DNA of 64,000 nucleotides, taken from positions 50,421-114,420 of the forward strand of contig CABUJR010000006.1 in NCBI GenBank assembly GCA_902492015.1, given 5' to 3'. Shown here in pieces: positions 62,631 to 64,000 of the stretch. The notes beneath the pieces are model-generated. The model worked only from the letters and a program-made list of their open reading frames with translations, made no database searches and was not told the DNA's origin. Each line of letters begins with the position of its first letter. The stretch's first letter is position 1. The position numbers and the translations under genes were made by a program. The DNA is from an uncultured Eubacteriales bacterium (GTDB lineage: Bacteria > Bacillota > Clostridia > TANB77 > CAG-508).

Positions 62631-62699
62631 TATAACATTTTTTTACATATTTTTCAAGTTACAAGGATTTTCCATTTATTATTGTTTAATATTTCTTTT

Positions 62700-62876
62700 T
62701 TAGCTTGCTCCACTTAAAGAAATTATAAATAGGAAAGGCAATGATAATATTAAGATACATAAAACAACAGATAATGTTATTATTAATAAAATAAATATTA
62801 TTCCAGATATTTTAAACTTTTTATGTTTTTTAAGCCTAGTTATATCTTCTTCTAATTCTTTTTCCCATTTATCCAT
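62700..62876 (-). CDS. Unannotated small membrane protein (58 aa, MDKWEKELEEDITRLKKHKKFKISGIIFILLIITLSVVLCILILSLPFLFIISLSGAS)
   Basis: ATG with aaagga 11 nt upstream. One or two TM helices. Below the ORF-track cutoff. Confidence 0.4.
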   Translation of the reverse strand: MDKWEKELEEDITRLKKHKKFKISGIIFILLIITLSVVLCILILSLPFLFIISLSGAS

Positions 62877-62922
62877 TTATTTTTATATTCCTTTCAAGCT
62901 CAATAGTACATACTGATTTAAA

Positions 62923-63624
62923 TTATTCCATGTTTTCTGTAATTTGATTAGCAGTTAATTGAAATTGATTTTTTGAGTTTAATAAATTGTCATTATATTC
63001 TACTAAATTTTCTGTCCTATTATGTAAAATATATATAATTAGACTAAATGCAATTATTGTTACTAACATGCTTATTATTATCATATTTTTTTTATGTTTA
63101 ATCTTATTGTTTTCTATATTTACAGTATTTAAATATCCTATAAAAATAAGTATTAAACTTATTATTAAAAATTTTATAATATTTATGATTCTTTTGTATA
63201 TATTGGCATTACTCATTATATTTCCTAATGTAGAGTAACCATCATCAAATATATGTATTCTTATAATGCATATATAATTATTATCATCATATTCTTTCTT
63301 ACCTTTAAGTGTCATCTCTGGTGAATCAAAATCTTGCATATACTCTAATTTATTTTTTTCATATTCTTCTTTAGATATTTTAAATATTAATTCTCTATTC
63401 TTACCATGGCTAGACAAATCAGAAAAGCTGTTAGCACTTATTAATTCCAAACTATTAGTATATGTCTTATATAATCCTAGCCAATTTATAATTTGTTCCT
63501 TCATGTTTTCAGAAATAAATTTAAGATTATTTTGAGAATACCAAAGATCTAATCTATAATCAACAAATAAAACAATTATAATGCTAATAATAGCAATAAT
63601 ATTGGCAACATTAATTTTTTTCAT
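62923..63624 (-). CDS. Hypothetical membrane protein
   Basis: N- and C-terminal TM helices. No domains recognised. Confidence 0.45.
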   Translation of the reverse strand: MKKINVANIIAIISIIIVLFVDYRLDLWYSQNNLKFISENMKEQIINWLGLYKTYTNSLELISANSFSDLSSHGKNRELIFKISKEEYEKNKLEYMQDFDSPEMTLKGKKEYDDNNYICIIRIHIFDDGYSTLGNIMSNANIYKRIINIIKFLIISLILIFIGYLNTVNIENNKIKHKKNMIIISMLVTIIAFSLIIYILHNRTENLVEYNDNLLNSKNQFQLTANQITENME

Positions 63625-63742
63625 CTTTTCTCCTATAGCCTATGCATAATTTATAATAATACTTAATTAAATATATATTTATTATAAACTATATTTACCT
63701 CAATATTATCCTTTTAATTTTATTTATTATTGAAATTATGTA

Positions 63743-64000
63743 CTAATAATCAATTCTCTCAATTTTGAAAATAACAGGTCTAGTTCCATCAGAACAACAA
63801 GCTATCATCGTATTTTCTTTTTTCATCCATCCTTTCATAATAGAACCACCTTGTAACCCTGTATAAATATATCTTGAAATTGCATCCCATAATTCTGAAC
63901 AATGTGGCATTTTAGGTCCTCCCGCAACAGTATCAGGATTAGCATTTGTTTTTACTAAGGTATTTAATCCCATATGCCAAAAATCGTCTTTTTCTCCGTC
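63743..64000 (-). CDS. C-terminal part of an unidentified enzyme (ORF continues past window end)
   Basis: Minus-strand frame stays open to nt 64000 (..DGEKDDFWHMGLNTLVK..GGPKMPHCSELW..). Confidence 0.4.
   Translation of the reverse strand, partial: DGEKDDFWHMGLNTLVKTNANPDTVAGGPKMPHCSELWDAISRYIYTGLQGGSIMKGWMKKENTMIACCSDGTRPVIFKIERIDY

Overview
AT-rich (about 25-30% GC) chromosomal segment from a spore-forming, Clostridia-like Firmicute. It is mostly housekeeping: a 5'-truncated acyltransferase; tyrS; the rimP-nusA-ylxR-ylxQ-infB-rbfA-nrnA translation operon; an OmpR/sensor-kinase pair; a Wzx flippase; an NAD salvage cluster (nadD, nadE, pncB); trmB; an ABC-2/GldG-like transporter operon; dinB; a XerC/D-like recombinase; ftsH; two ABC exporters; rho; yabP-yabQ-divIC; aspartokinase; a wzz-wze-wzb capsule-regulator triad; and prfB. 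The most notable feature is a ~2.7 kb GC-elevated islet (about 4040-6800) with strong GGAGG ribosome-binding sites, translationally coupled genes and its own GC-rich terminator. It encodes a radical-SAM/SPASM enzyme with a ~160-aa N-terminal extension, followed immediately by a DUF2207-like membrane protein whose cytoplasmic tail is a Cys/Gly-rich segment (CVSSCACVHCACACACAGGG) encoded by a (TGYGCA)n microsatellite. The islet is flanked by copies of a ~40-nt repeat that also occurs alone at 21061. I read it as a candidate protein-targeting radical-SAM maturase system. Other points: identical 1-nt insertion-type frameshifts (ATGCTCGGAA context) in infB and a vanW-family gene; an unannotated 44-aa Cys-rich ORF with a perfect Shine-Dalgarno; a second GC-rich single-gene islet (61.8-62.6 kb) with a GC-rich terminator; a GNAT plus ATP-grasp two-gene operon; an orphan dpaB; and a 1.5 kb ORF-free AT-rich region with tandem repeats between a recombinase gene and a compositionally atypical ftsH. 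No rRNA, tRNA or CRISPR features were recognised.
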